Shown one piece after another: positions 11,992 to 22,404 of a stretch of 64,000 nucleotides of DNA (position 1 is its first letter; every line of letters starts with the position of its first letter). The stretch comes from Ignavibacteriota bacterium. GTDB taxonomy: Bacteria > Bacteroidota > Ignavibacteria > UBA10030 > UBA6906. The stretch is taken from the NCBI GenBank assembly GCA_963801355.1, contig CAWDEM010000004.1, positions 256,001-320,000 on the forward strand, in the 5' to 3' direction. A program made the position numbers and the translations under genes. A model generated the notes under the pieces. The model was not told the DNA's origin, did no database searches, and worked only from the letters and a program-made list of their open reading frames with translations.

Positions 11992-12900
11992 CTACGGAAG
12001 GGTTCGCTCGAAAAAGCTGACAATGCGCGTGAAGTATTCCTCCCCGCCTTTTTCCACCACATCATTGTGCCTTGCCCCCGGGATCAGCCAGAGCTCCTTG
12101 GGTTCATTGGCGTTGCGGAACACTTCCTCCGACGCAGACGACGGAATCTTGTTGTCGGCCGTACCATGCATCAGCAACAGGGGGACACGCACCTGCTTGA
12201 CCGCCTGCACGGGAGACACCAGTGATGCCTTGAAGTGTGCGATCTGCTCGGAGCGCTTGATGACAAGGTTACGCAGGTAGTGCCACGGGATCTTTACGAT
12301 GCGTTTCTGGTATTCGTCATACACCCTCCGCAGCGATGCAAACCCGCTTTCGGCGACCACCGCGGCAACACGCGTATCCAGCGCCGCAACCTGAATCGCG
12401 ACCGCCGCCCCCATGGAAGACCCCATCAACCCGATGCGCTTCAGATGCAGATCCTGCCGCGTCTCCAGGTAATTGATGATGGTGGAAACATCCAGTTTCT
12501 CGTAGAAGCCGTACGTGCACACGTGTCCTCCACTTTCGCCGTGGCGGCGGGAATCATGAAGGAAGACATTGAATCCGGCATCGTGCAGGCGCTTCGCGAT
12601 CGGGAGTCCCACAATCTTGCACTCGCTCACCCCGTGAAGGAATACCACCGTACCGCGGGCCTGCGTCCCGGCGGATATCAACCAGCAACTCAGCACAATG
12701 CCTTCGGCGGTCTTCAGTTGAATGTCCTCGTACGGCATCCCCAGATCGGAAGGATGCAACACCGTCGTGTAGCGGCGGTAGTATTCGAGCGTGCGCCGGT
12801 GGGGCTGGAGCAGCATCGCCGGCCCGATGATCAGCAGGACCGTCGAAAGGAACACCATAAAGAGAACGATGAACAGCACCACAATCAGGATCTCAGTCAT
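11992..12900 (-). CDS. Membrane-anchored alpha/beta hydrolase
   Basis: N-terminal TM, HGESGG, GSSMG nucleophile elbow, HGTAD, GARH. Confidence 0.9.
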   Translation of the reverse strand: MTEILIVVLFIVLFMVFLSTVLLIIGPAMLLQPHRRTLEYYRRYTTVLHPSDLGMPYEDIQLKTAEGIVLSCWLISAGTQARGTVVFLHGVSECKIVGLPIAKRLHDAGFNVFLHDSRRHGESGGHVCTYGFYEKLDVSTIINYLETRQDLHLKRIGLMGSSMGAAVAIQVAALDTRVAAVVAESGFASLRRVYDEYQKRIVKIPWHYLRNLVIKRSEQIAHFKASLVSPVQAVKQVRVPLLLMHGTADNKIPSSASEEVFRNANEPKELWLIPGARHNDVVEKGGEEYFTRIVSFFERTLP

Positions 12901-12905
12901 GGAAT

Positions 12906-12934
12906 AATATACGGACCGGCGATGCACGATGCAA
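12906..12934 (-). promoter_or_regulatory. Sigma70-like promoter, probably leaderless hydrolase mRNA
   Basis: TTGCAT-N17-TATATT, then 5 nt to ATG at 12900. Confidence 0.6.
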
Positions 12935-12998
12935 TCGCCGGTGGACAATGGACGGCCATTTTCGTACTTTGCGCAGTCCGATGAGAGATCGTGGAGAC

Positions 12999-14132
12999 AT
13001 GACCCGGCCGTTGCGCATTGCCATAGTGCATGAGTGGTTCACGTCCATGCGTGGAGGTGAAAAATGCGTCGAGGCGCTCTGCGAAGTATTTCCGGACGCG
13101 ACGCTCCATGCGCTCCTGCATGTCAGGGGTTCGGTGTCACCCGTCATCGAGCGGATGCCCATACGCACATCATTCGTGCAGCACCTGCCGTTCGCCGCCA
13201 CGCGCTACAGACACTACCTGCCGCTCTTTCCCGCCGCCATCAGCCGGTTTGACCTTTCAGCATTTGACATCGTCATCAGTTCGCATCACTGCGCAGCGAA
13301 GGGGGTCCGCACAGCGTCCCACACGCTGCACATCTGTTACTGCTACACACCGATGCGCTACATCTGGACGCAATATGACGACTACTTTGGTGCAGGGCGG
13401 TCGGATGCGGTGACCCGTCTGGGCATGGCTGCCGCGGTGGGATACCTGCGCCGGTGGGACCTCCGCACGGCAAAGAACCCCCATTACTTCGTTGCCATCT
13501 CAGAGAACATACGCGCCCGGATACGCACCATCTATGGCCGCGAATCGGAAGTCATCTATCCACCCGTGGAAACCGGCACACTGGTCGTCGCTGCCGAACA
13601 TGAAGGCTTCGATCTCGTCGTGAGCGCGCTGGTGCCGTACAAACGGATCGACCTGGCAATCGAGGCCTATACCCGCATGGGGAAACGCCTCGTGGTAATC
13701 GGCGACGGGCCCGATCTCGCGCGGTTGAGACAGTCAGGAGGGCCTACGGTGCAATTCCTGGGCTGGCGAACGGACGAAGAGGTGCGCGATCATTTCCGGC
13801 GTTGCCGGGCGGTGGTTTTTCCCGGAGAGGAAGACTTCGGCATTGTTCCGGTGGAAGCCATTGCATGCGGGAAACCGGTGGTGGCATTTGCCCGCGGAGG
13901 GGCCCTGGAAACCGTTCTGGACGGTCCCGGTCTCCGCACGGGGGTGCTCTTTGAGCAACAAACCGTCGAATCGCTGACCGGGGCAGTGTTAAAACTGGAC
14001 ACGCAGACCTTTGATCCTATGGCGATGCACGCTTTTGCGCTGAAATTCGATCGTGAGATATTCAAGCAAAAGATGAAAGACTTCATTTTCGGGAAATGGG
14101 AAAGTTTTCGGAGCGGCCACCTGCAACCGTAA
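12999..14132 (+). CDS. Glycosyltransferase family 4
   Basis: VHEW...GGEK, CYTPMRY, YKRIDL, EDFGIVPVEA (EX7E); GGAG RBS before 12999. Confidence 0.93.
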   Translation: MTRPLRIAIVHEWFTSMRGGEKCVEALCEVFPDATLHALLHVRGSVSPVIERMPIRTSFVQHLPFAATRYRHYLPLFPAAISRFDLSAFDIVISSHHCAAKGVRTASHTLHICYCYTPMRYIWTQYDDYFGAGRSDAVTRLGMAAAVGYLRRWDLRTAKNPHYFVAISENIRARIRTIYGRESEVIYPPVETGTLVVAAEHEGFDLVVSALVPYKRIDLAIEAYTRMGKRLVVIGDGPDLARLRQSGGPTVQFLGWRTDEEVRDHFRRCRAVVFPGEEDFGIVPVEAIACGKPVVAFARGGALETVLDGPGLRTGVLFEQQTVESLTGAVLKLDTQTFDPMAMHAFALKFDREIFKQKMKDFIFGKWESFRSGHLQP

Positions 14133-14161
14133 GTAATAAAACACGTTAGCCATTCCCGGCG

Positions 14162-14190
14162 TTGACTTTCGCAACTGTTTTCGCTACATT
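14162..14190 (+). promoter_or_regulatory. Sigma70-like promoter upstream of M23-bactofilin-atp genes
   Basis: TTGACT-N17-TACATT; GAGGAG RBS follows. Confidence 0.65.
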
Positions 14191-14212
14191 AATACGATTT
14201 GAAGCTGAGGAG

Positions 14213-15106
14213 ATGCCAGCACAAGAGGCAAAGCGGAAGAAACGGACGCGACGTTTTGCCATCCTCTTTGTTCCAGAAGATGGGAGGGCGCCCTTCCGGT
14301 TTCGCGCGGGGTGGTTGAAGCTGGGACTTCTCGCGGCTTCGCTGTTCCTTGCTGGCGTCGGGTTCACGCTCGCCACGTTGATTTTTACTCCGGTGGTGAT
14401 GTACCTGCCGATTCCCAATCCTGCACTGGAAGCGAAGTATGGCAGACAGCTGACAGAGACACAGCAGAAGCTGAATGCCCTGGTGGAGGATGTGGCGTTG
14501 CTGCAAGACTATAACCAGCAGTTGCGCAAGGCGCTCGGACAAAGCGAGACCGCCAACCGTGTGGCAGACCAGAAGGCCCAGGCCTCACCTCCACCGACCG
14601 TGGACCGGGTGCAAGCAAGTGAAGATCTCCGGCAGTTGGATCAGATGACCGCGGGCGAAGCACAGGTCACGGTGCTTCAGGCCGCACCGACCGTCGCCCC
14701 AGTCCACCCGACAGGTGCAGCACAGCTGCCCATGCTTCAACCCGTGGCCGGCTTCATCTCCCAGGGATTCAACCCGTCCCGGCATCACTTCGGGATGGAT
14801 ATAGCAGCAAAGCTCGGGACGCCCGTGAGTGCAGCGACGGACGGATTCGTGGTGTATGCCGGCTGGAGTTATGAGGACGGCAATATGCTTATCCTGTCGC
14901 ACAGGTCAGGCTATCTCACGGTCTACAAACACAACCAGTTGATTCTGAAGACCATCGGGACCTCGGTACGGCGCGGGGAGATCATCTCCCTGCTGGGGTC
15001 TTCCGGACAAACAAGTCAAGGGCCGCATCTGCATTTTGAAGTCTGGAAAGATGGCATTCCGCAGGATCCCGACACATATCTGTTGAGGCGCACGACACTC
15101 CATTAG
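14213..15106 (+). CDS. M23 family metallopeptidase (peptidoglycan endopeptidase)
   Basis: TM plus coiled coil, HFGMD (HxxxD), GPHLHFE (HxH). Confidence 0.93.
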   Translation: MPAQEAKRKKRTRRFAILFVPEDGRAPFRFRAGWLKLGLLAASLFLAGVGFTLATLIFTPVVMYLPIPNPALEAKYGRQLTETQQKLNALVEDVALLQDYNQQLRKALGQSETANRVADQKAQASPPPTVDRVQASEDLRQLDQMTAGEAQVTVLQAAPTVAPVHPTGAAQLPMLQPVAGFISQGFNPSRHHFGMDIAAKLGTPVSAATDGFVVYAGWSYEDGNMLILSHRSGYLTVYKHNQLILKTIGTSVRRGEIISLLGSSGQTSQGPHLHFEVWKDGIPQDPDTYLLRRTTLH

Positions 15107-15151
15107 CACATCCGGGGCGGAGAACACTCAGAGAGAAGAGCGAGGAGAACC

Positions 15152-15511
15152 ATGGCGGACAAACAGGCGAACAGCGAGCTCAGTTTTGTGGGCAGCAGCA
15201 CTGTTGTGGAGGGGAAGATCAAAACGGATGGCAGTATCCGGATTGAAGGGAAGCTGGTCGGCGACCTGGTGTCCAAGGCCAACGCTGCTCTCGGGAGCAA
15301 CGGAGTGGTCGAGGGGACTCTCCATGCGCGCAACGTGACGGTGGCCGGCAAGATCGTCGGCACGGTGACAGCATCGGAGAAACTCATTCTTGAAACCCGG
15401 TCGATGGTCAAGGGCGATATCCGGGCGGCACAGCTGGTGGTGGATGAAGGCGCGGTGTTTGACGGTCATTGTGCAATGAGCGCAGCTCCCGCCACACCGA
15501 AGGGGAACTAA
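15152..15511 (+). CDS. Bactofilin (polymer-forming cytoskeletal protein)
   Basis: Repeating VEGxI/IEGxL beta-helix pattern ending in EGAVFDGHC. Confidence 0.93.
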   Translation: MADKQANSELSFVGSSTVVEGKIKTDGSIRIEGKLVGDLVSKANAALGSNGVVEGTLHARNVTVAGKIVGTVTASEKLILETRSMVKGDIRAAQLVVDEGAVFDGHCAMSAAPATPKGN

Positions 15512-15537
15512 ACGGGCGTGACAGTGCGTGATGAGTC

Positions 15538-15801
15538 ATGAGCTCCGCGCAGGAGGGTCGCACGCGCGGATGGCGCGAGGATATCGGTCCATACCTCACG
15601 ATGGGCATGGAGCTGGCGATTGCTGTTGTGGGGATGTTCTTTATCGGCCGGTGGATGGACGACAGTTGGGGAACCGCACCGTGGGGGATGTACGGAGGAC
15701 TATGCCTCGGCGTCGCCGGCGGGTTCGTCCGCTTCATCCGGCGCGCGCTTGCGCTGGGCGCGACAGAAGACGCGAGGCAGGAGAAGGATGACAAGACTTG
15801 A
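15538..15801 (+). CDS. AtpZ/AtpI family membrane protein
   Basis: Two TMs, GRWMD..WGTAPW; position before atpB. Confidence 0.85.
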   Translation: MSSAQEGRTRGWREDIGPYLTMGMELAIAVVGMFFIGRWMDDSWGTAPWGMYGGLCLGVAGGFVRFIRRALALGATEDARQEKDDKT

Positions 15802-16180
15802 CCGGCGGTTCCCACTGCAGGTAGCGCTGACGTTGGGTGGAATTTCGGCCGTCGCGCTGTACCCGCTGCTTACGTGGGGTTCCGCCGAAATGCTTACGGC
15901 GGCAATCGTGGGGGCGGTGCTCAGCACGGGAAACGTGTTGCTCGGTTTTCTCATGATTGAATACGGCTTTGAGAAATCGTACACAACGTTTCTCAAGGCG
16001 GTGTTGGGCGGCATGGGGGTGCGGATGGCCCTCATGCTTGCGGCGTTGCTGGTGTTGATCCTCGCGTGCCACATGCACGCGGTCGCGTTGACACTGTCCG
16101 TGGTGCTGTTCACCATGGTGTATCTTGTCCTGGAGATATTCTATCTCCAGCGTAAAGTGGAGGTCAAGAATCAGGGATAG
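15788..16180 (+). CDS. ATP synthase protein I-like, four TM segments
   Basis: ATG at 15788 overlaps the previous gene; four hydrophobic helices; directly before atpB. Confidence 0.75.
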   Translation: MTRLDRRFPLQVALTLGGISAVALYPLLTWGSAEMLTAAIVGAVLSTGNVLLGFLMIEYGFEKSYTTFLKAVLGGMGVRMALMLAALLVLILACHMHAVALTLSVVLFTMVYLVLEIFYLQRKVEVKNQG

Positions 16181-16181
16181 T

Positions 16182-17066
16182 ATGGACGTACCTGCAACAG
16201 CAATGTTAGCAGCGGCAGACACCCTGCAGCACGCAGAGCACGGGGGCGGCAACATCTTTGCGTCGTTGCTGCATCACGTCCAGGATGCCCCGGAGATCGA
16301 TACGCCGTTCGGCACGATTCACCTTCCACATCTTCCTTCGTTCACGGTGGGAGACATCACGTTCGATATGTCGATCACCAAGCATGTGGTGTTCCTCTGG
16401 ATTGCCGCGGCGGTGTTGTGTCTGGTTGCCATTGTGGCCGCACGGCGCAACAGCCGCCGGGATGTCCCGCGGGGGTTCGGCAGTATCCTCGAGGTGATGA
16501 TCCTGTTTGTGCGTGATGAAATTGTGTTGCCCAATATGGGGAAAGACGGCCTGAAGTACATGCCGTACCTGCTCACGACATTCTTCTATATCCTGTTGAT
16601 GAACCTCTTTGGGCTCATCCCGTATGGTGCGTCAGCGACCGGAAATGTGAATGTCACCGCAGGTCTTGCCATCATCGCGTTCGTCATGATCCAGGCCTCG
16701 GCAATCCGGGCGCAGGGTGTGGGACATTACCTTGCTCACCTGACCGGCGGCGTGCACTGGGCGCTCTGGCCGATCATGATTCCCATTGAGATACTGGGAT
16801 TGTTCACCAAGCCCTTCGCCCTCTGCATCCGTTTATTCGCCAATATGACCGGCGGACATATCGTGCTTGTCTCGCTCATAGGATTAATATTCATCTTCCA
16901 ATCGTATATCATTGCCGTCGCCCCTGTGGGATTTGTCGTGGCCATCAATTTCCTGGAACTCTTCGTCGCATTTCTCCAGGCGTATATCTTTACGATGCTG
17001 ACGTCGCTCTTCATGGGACTGGGGATGCCGGCGGAAGCGCATGCCGCGGAAGGGCATGGACACTGA
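16182..17066 (+). CDS. atpB: F0F1 ATP synthase subunit a
   Basis: NLFGLIP, IRLFANMTGGH, FLQAYIF. Confidence 0.97.
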   Translation: MDVPATAMLAAADTLQHAEHGGGNIFASLLHHVQDAPEIDTPFGTIHLPHLPSFTVGDITFDMSITKHVVFLWIAAAVLCLVAIVAARRNSRRDVPRGFGSILEVMILFVRDEIVLPNMGKDGLKYMPYLLTTFFYILLMNLFGLIPYGASATGNVNVTAGLAIIAFVMIQASAIRAQGVGHYLAHLTGGVHWALWPIMIPIEILGLFTKPFALCIRLFANMTGGHIVLVSLIGLIFIFQSYIIAVAPVGFVVAINFLELFVAFLQAYIFTMLTSLFMGLGMPAEAHAAEGHGH

Positions 17067-17103
17067 GCGTTCACTCACTACTTCATCTCTCTGGAGGATT
17101 ACA

Positions 17104-17334
17104 ATGGAAGCCAACGCACTCGGATATCTGGCAGCAGGAATCGGTGCCGCACTCACGGTGATTGGTGCAGGACTTGGAATCGGGAAACTCGCGGCAGCGG
17201 CGATGGAAGCGAGCGGTCGCCAACCGGAAGTCGCCGGCCAGGTGCGCACGTCGATGCTGATTGCCGCCGCGCTGATCGAAGGCGCGACGTTCTTCGCGCT
17301 GGCGATCTGCATCATTCTGGCGACCAAGGGCTAA
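17104..17334 (+). CDS. atpE: F0F1 ATP synthase subunit c
   Basis: GAGLGIG, RQPE, ALIEG; GGAGG RBS. Confidence 0.98.
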   Translation: MEANALGYLAAGIGAALTVIGAGLGIGKLAAAAMEASGRQPEVAGQVRTSMLIAAALIEGATFFALAICIILATKG

Positions 17335-17353
17335 CCGGCCGGGAGACTCTCTC

Positions 17354-17839
17354 ATGTTTCAGATCAATCCCGGACTGATCCTCTGGACAATCATCACGTT
17401 TGTGATTGTGCTGATGATCCTGCGCTGGACCGCCTGGAAGCCGTTGCTGGCGGCTGTGACGGACCGAGAGGAAAAAATCCGCGCTTCGCTGGCACACGCC
17501 GATCAGGCACGGCAGGAGGCGCAAACACTGCTGGAAGAACACCGCCGGCAGCTCTCCGCCGCCGAAGAACAGGTGCAACGCATTCTCACCGAAGGAAGGG
17601 CGCTGGCCGACCGGCAGAGGGCGGAGATCGCCGAGAAAGCCGAAAGCTCCGCACGCCGCATGATTGCGCAGGCGAAGGAAGAGATCCAGCGCGAGAAGGA
17701 TGCTGCGCTCATGCAACTCCGGTCAGAAGTGGCCGACCTTGCCATCGGTGCCGCGGGCAAGATACTTGACAAGAACCTGGATACTCCGACGCAGCGTTCA
17801 CTGGTGGACGCGGCGATCCGGGAGATCACCCGAGGATAA
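17354..17839 (+). CDS. atpF: F0F1 ATP synthase subunit b
   Basis: N-terminal TM, AWKPL, long coiled coil; operon position. Confidence 0.96.
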   Translation: MFQINPGLILWTIITFVIVLMILRWTAWKPLLAAVTDREEKIRASLAHADQARQEAQTLLEEHRRQLSAAEEQVQRILTEGRALADRQRAEIAEKAESSARRMIAQAKEEIQREKDAALMQLRSEVADLAIGAAGKILDKNLDTPTQRSLVDAAIREITRG

Positions 17840-17845
17840 ACAGCG

Positions 17846-18400
17846 ATGCGGAACACCCGTGTGGCGCGCCGCTACGCGCTGGCGCTGATGACTGCTGCGG
17901 AAGGACAACAGACCGTGGAAAGCGTTGCGGCCGATGTGGCGTTCCTCGGCAGCCTCACGCGAACCTCCCGGGACTTCCGCATGCTTCTGGCAAGCCCCGT
18001 CGTCTCCGTTGCGCGCAAACGCAGCGTGCTGCAGGCGCTGCTGAAGGGCAGAGTGCAGCCGATGACGCAGTCGTTTGTCGAGCTGCTGACCACGAAGCAA
18101 CGCGAAGCGCTCCTCCCGGAAATTGTGGAGCAGTTCGATGCACTGCGCGACGAGCGCCTCGGGATCGTGAATGTTCATGTCACGACAGCGGTGGATCTGA
18201 CGCCGGAGCAGCAAAAAACCCTGCTCCTCGCTCTCGAGCAACATACACAGAAGAATGTCCGCGTGCGCACCAACGTGGACCCGGCAGTCAAAGGGGGACT
18301 GCGGATCCGCATCGGGGATACGGTGCTGGATGCCACGGTAACACACATGCTTGAACGATTGCACCGGCGGTTTCTCGAGGGCACAGCGTTCACACACTGA
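17846..18400 (+). CDS. atpH: F1 ATP synthase subunit delta
   Basis: VARRYALAL, VDPAVKGG, IGDTVLD. Confidence 0.95.
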   Translation: MRNTRVARRYALALMTAAEGQQTVESVAADVAFLGSLTRTSRDFRMLLASPVVSVARKRSVLQALLKGRVQPMTQSFVELLTTKQREALLPEIVEQFDALRDERLGIVNVHVTTAVDLTPEQQKTLLLALEQHTQKNVRVRTNVDPAVKGGLRIRIGDTVLDATVTHMLERLHRRFLEGTAFTH

Positions 18401-18429
18401 AAATGAAGTTCTGATTGAAAGACCAGGCA

Positions 18430-19986
18430 ATGGCAGAAGTCCGACCCGAAGAAGTCTCCGCGATCCTCCGCAAACAGCTTGCAGGATTTGAAACAGAAGC
18501 GGATACCTATGACGTGGGAACGGTCCTCCAGGTGGGGGATGGCGTGGCGCGCGTGTACGGCCTCACCAAGTCGCTCATGAGCGAGCTCGTGGAATTCCCG
18601 CACGGCGTCATGGGCATGGTGCTGAATCTCGAAGAAGACAACGTCGGCTGCATTCTGTTCGGCGAAAGCAGCGAGATCAAGGAAGGCGACACGGTCAAGC
18701 GCACCGGGCGCGTTGCATCCCTGCCGGTGGGCGAACAGATGCTCGGACGGGTTGTGAGCGCCCTCGGCAAGCCGGTGGATGGCCGCGGGCCTATCCCGAC
18801 GGAGCAGGTGATGCCGATTGAACGCAAAGCCCTCGGGGTGATTCAGCGACAGCCGGTGAAAGAGCCTTTGCAAACCGGCCTCAAGGCCGTTGACGGAATG
18901 ATTCCCATCGGACGGGGCCAGCGGGAGTTGATCATCGGTGACCGGCAGACCGGCAAGACCGCCATCGCCGTGGATACGATCATCAACCAGCGCTTCACGC
19001 ATACGGAAGAGGCGAAGCTGCAGGGAATCAAGCCGGTGTACTGTATCTACGTCGCGATCGGTCAGAAGAGCTCGACGGTGGCGCAGGTTGTCGACAAGCT
19101 GCAGCAGGAAGGTGCGATGGACTATACGGCTGTCGTCGCAGCCACCGCCAGCGATCCGGCGCCCATGCAGTACATTGCCCCCTATGCAGGTGCGACGCTG
19201 GGCGAATTTTTCCGCGACAGCGGACGCCATGCCCTTGTGATCTACGATGACCTGACAAAACAGGCGCAGGCATACCGGCAGGTATCACTGCTGCTCCGTC
19301 GTCCCCCGGGACGCGAAGCCTATCCCGGCGACGTCTTCTATCTCCATTCACGCCTGCTGGAACGCGCCTCCAAGTTGAACGACGAACTCGGGGGCGGCAG
19401 TCTCACGGCACTGCCCGTGATCGAAACCCAGGCGGGCGACGTCTCGGCGTATATTCCCACGAACGTGATTTCCATTACGGACGGGCAGATCTACCTCGAG
19501 CCGGGGATGTTCAACGCCGGTATACGCCCGGCCATCAATGTCGGTATCTCCGTCTCGCGCGTGGGCGCCAATGCACAGATTAAAGCCATGAAGGCGGTGG
19601 CGGGACGTCTCCGCATCGAGTTGGCGCAGTATCGTGCCCTGGAAGCATTCGCAAAGTTCGGGTCGGACCTTGACAAAGCCACCCTCGCGCAGCTGCGCCG
19701 CGGCGCACGCCTCGTGGAGCTGCTCAAGCAGGGACAGTATCTGCCGATGCCTGTGGAAAAACAGGTCGCTGTCATTTATGCCGGTACGAACGGCTACCTC
19801 GATGAGATCCCGGTCGAAGAGGTGGGGCGGTATGAAAAGGAACTCCTGGGCATGATGGATCTGAAGCATGCGGAGTTTCTTCTGGAGATCGCCCGGAAGA
19901 AGCAGTTGACGGATGATATCGCAACACGCCTGAAAGACATCCTGACGTCCTTCACGGCGACATTCAAAAGCTCACTGAAGGTCTAG
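18430..19986 (+). CDS. atpA: F1 ATP synthase subunit alpha
   Basis: [31 protein letters not shown]. Confidence 0.99.
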   Translation: MAEVRPEEVSAILRKQLAGFETEADTYDVGTVLQVGDGVARVYGLTKSLMSELVEFPHGVMGMVLNLEEDNVGCILFGESSEIKEGDTVKRTGRVASLPVGEQMLGRVVSALGKPVDGRGPIPTEQVMPIERKALGVIQRQPVKEPLQTGLKAVDGMIPIGRGQRELIIGDRQTGKTAIAVDTIINQRFTHTEEAKLQGIKPVYCIYVAIGQKSSTVAQVVDKLQQEGAMDYTAVVAATASDPAPMQYIAPYAGATLGEFFRDSGRHALVIYDDLTKQAQAYRQVSLLLRRPPGREAYPGDVFYLHSRLLERASKLNDELGGGSLTALPVIETQAGDVSAYIPTNVISITDGQIYLEPGMFNAGIRPAINVGISVSRVGANAQIKAMKAVAGRLRIELAQYRALEAFAKFGSDLDKATLAQLRRGARLVELLKQGQYLPMPVEKQVAVIYAGTNGYLDEIPVEEVGRYEKELLGMMDLKHAEFLLEIARKKQLTDDIATRLKDILTSFTATFKSSLKV

Positions 19987-19996
19987 CGGACCGACA

Positions 19997-20893
19997 ATGC
20001 CCACGCTGCGCGAGGTTCGCAGCCGCATCAGCGGCGTAAAGAAGACGGAGAAGATCACCCGGGCCATGAAAATGGTGGCCGTGGCAAAGCTCCGCCGTGC
20101 ACAGACGGCGGTGTTGGCGGCTCGCCCGTATGACGAGGGAATGCAGCGCCTCCTGCAGCATCTGCTCCCGGCCGTCGATACGGCAGGCCAGCCCCTGCTG
20201 ACGGCGCGTCCGGTGCGCACGACCGGCATCATCGTTGTCACGTCCGACCGCGGCATGTGCGGTGCGTTCAACACCAACATCATCAGAGCCACGCAGGAGC
20301 AGATAGCCGGCGTCGGGAAAGCGGCGGGACCGCAGAACCAGGCTCGCCTGTATTGTGTCGGCAAGAAAGGGGCGGATTTCTTCACGCGCCAGCGAATGAC
20401 ACTGGCTGCCCGTTACACCGGGCTGTTTGCAAAGCTCAGGTTTGCCGAGGTCCAGAAGGTTGCACGTGAACTGACGGACGCGTACCTGCGGGGTGAAGTT
20501 GACAGGGTCTTGCTTGTGTACAACCAATTCAAGTCCGCCACGCATCAGCGGATCGTGGTTGAGCAGTATCTTCCCGTACTCCCCGCAACGGCAGAGCCTG
20601 CCCAGGACGCTGTCACCCTGCGGACCCCGGACTACATATACGAACCGTCCCAGCAGGCGTTGATTGCGGCACTCCTTCCGCGGTATCTGAACTTCAGGCT
20701 CTGGCGGGCCCTGCTTGAATCGAACGCATCCGAGGAAGGGGCCCGGATGACCGCAATGGAGAATGCCACCGAGAACGCCAATGAGTTGATTTCCACGCTG
20801 CAACTGCAGTACAACAAGGCGCGGCAGGCGGCAATCACCAAAGAGCTTCTGGAGGTGGTATCGGGGGCCGAAGCCTTGAGGGGGGCCTCCTGA
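19997..20893 (+). CDS. atpG: F1 ATP synthase subunit gamma
   Basis: KITRAMKMVA, SDRGMCGAFN, RQAAITKEL. Confidence 0.98.
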   Translation: MPTLREVRSRISGVKKTEKITRAMKMVAVAKLRRAQTAVLAARPYDEGMQRLLQHLLPAVDTAGQPLLTARPVRTTGIIVVTSDRGMCGAFNTNIIRATQEQIAGVGKAAGPQNQARLYCVGKKGADFFTRQRMTLAARYTGLFAKLRFAEVQKVARELTDAYLRGEVDRVLLVYNQFKSATHQRIVVEQYLPVLPATAEPAQDAVTLRTPDYIYEPSQQALIAALLPRYLNFRLWRALLESNASEEGARMTAMENATENANELISTLQLQYNKARQAAITKELLEVVSGAEALRGAS

Positions 20894-20968
20894 CCAGCCG
20901 GCTGGCCTTGCGGAGTCTTCGGCCGGTAAGTAGTTGCCTCACATAAGGTTCTACTCCCAATCGGGTAA

Positions 20969-20997
20969 TTGCATAAGTTCCCTTTTCTGAGTATCTT
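20969..20997 (+). promoter_or_regulatory. Sigma70-like promoter of the ffh-rpsP operon
   Basis: TTGCAT-N17-TATCTT. Confidence 0.6.
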
Positions 20998-21052
20998 ACA
21001 AATCCTCGGCACTAAACCGCCCCACAGGTGGTTCCATGTGTAGGGGCAGACT

Positions 21053-22381
21053 ATGTTTGAGGATCTCAGCCGAAAACTCGATGCCGTCCTGAAGCGTCTC
21101 CGCGGGCAGGGGAAGATTTCCGAGGCGAATGTCGCGGAAACTCTGCGTGAGGTGCGACGGGTCTTACTGGATGCCGACGTCAACTACAAAGTGGCGCGGC
21201 AGTTCATGGACGATGTGCTCCGCCGTGCCGTCGGGCAGGAGGTTTTGCAAAGCATCACCCCCGGCCAGCTCATCGTCAAGATCATTTATGATGAATTAGT
21301 CCGTTTACTGGGAACGTCTCACGTCGGTATCACGTTCTCGCAATTACCCCCCACGGTGATCATGGTGGCCGGGTTGCAGGGGTCGGGAAAGACGACCTTC
21401 TGCTCGAAGCTGGCGTTGCATCTGAAATCCCAGGGGCGGTTCCCGCTGCTCGCAGCCGCAGACGTGCACCGGCCGGCGGCCATCGACCAGCTCGAAATTC
21501 TGGGACGGGAGATCGGGGTGCCGGTCTTCACGAGGCGCGGAGCCGAAGCGGTAGCGGTGGCAAAGGAGGCGGTGGAGCACGCGCGTGCAAATGCACGCGA
21601 CACCGTGATCGTGGATACGGCCGGACGGCTTCACGTGGATGAGGACATGATGCGTGAGGCTGAAGCCATCAAGTCCGCACTCCAGCCGCACGAGATTCTG
21701 TTCGTCGTGGATGCCATGACCGGTCAGGATGCTGTGCACACCGCTCAGGCCTTTCACGACCGCCTGAAGTACGACGGCGCGGTACTGACGAAGATGGATG
21801 GTGATGCGCGGGGCGGGGCGGCACTCTCCCTGCGCGCAACGGTGGGCGTGCCGATCAAATTCATCGGCACCGGAGAGAAGCCTGACGCGCTCGAACGGTT
21901 TCACCCCGAGCGGCTGGCATCGCGGATCCTCGGACTCGGGGACATCGTCAGCCTCGTGGAGAAAGCGCAGGCGCAGTTCGACGAAACCAAAGCGGTTGCG
22001 CTTGAACAGAAGATCCGGAAGTCGCAATTTACGCTGGAAGATTTTCTCGAGCAGCTGCAGGAAGTAAAGAAAATGGGACCGCTGCAGCAGGTCATCGGGA
22101 TGTTGCCGGGTGCACACCGCCTGCCGGCAAACGCGGAGGTGGACGAATCGGCCCTGGTGCGCATCGAAGCGATGATACAGTCCATGACGCGGGACGAGCG
22201 CAGGAGGCCGCAGACGATCAACGGCACGCGGCGGCGGCGGATCGCCATGGGAAGCGGGTGTACGGTGCAGGACGTCAACAAGTTGTTAAAGCAATATGAG
22301 CAGATGCAGCGCATGATGAAGACCCTGGGGAAGGGCGGGCGGCTTGACAAGGCGGCCCGGGGAATGCGCATCCATTCATAG
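21053..22381 (+). CDS. ffh: Signal recognition particle protein Ffh
   Basis: GLQGSGKTT, DTAGR, TKMDGDARGG, M domain. Confidence 0.99.
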   Translation: MFEDLSRKLDAVLKRLRGQGKISEANVAETLREVRRVLLDADVNYKVARQFMDDVLRRAVGQEVLQSITPGQLIVKIIYDELVRLLGTSHVGITFSQLPPTVIMVAGLQGSGKTTFCSKLALHLKSQGRFPLLAAADVHRPAAIDQLEILGREIGVPVFTRRGAEAVAVAKEAVEHARANARDTVIVDTAGRLHVDEDMMREAEAIKSALQPHEILFVVDAMTGQDAVHTAQAFHDRLKYDGAVLTKMDGDARGGAALSLRATVGVPIKFIGTGEKPDALERFHPERLASRILGLGDIVSLVEKAQAQFDETKAVALEQKIRKSQFTLEDFLEQLQEVKKMGPLQQVIGMLPGAHRLPANAEVDESALVRIEAMIQSMTRDERRRPQTINGTRRRRIAMGSGCTVQDVNKLLKQYEQMQRMMKTLGKGGRLDKAARGMRIHS

Positions 22382-22404
22382 CAGGCAACAGAAGGAGAGA
22401 AACG

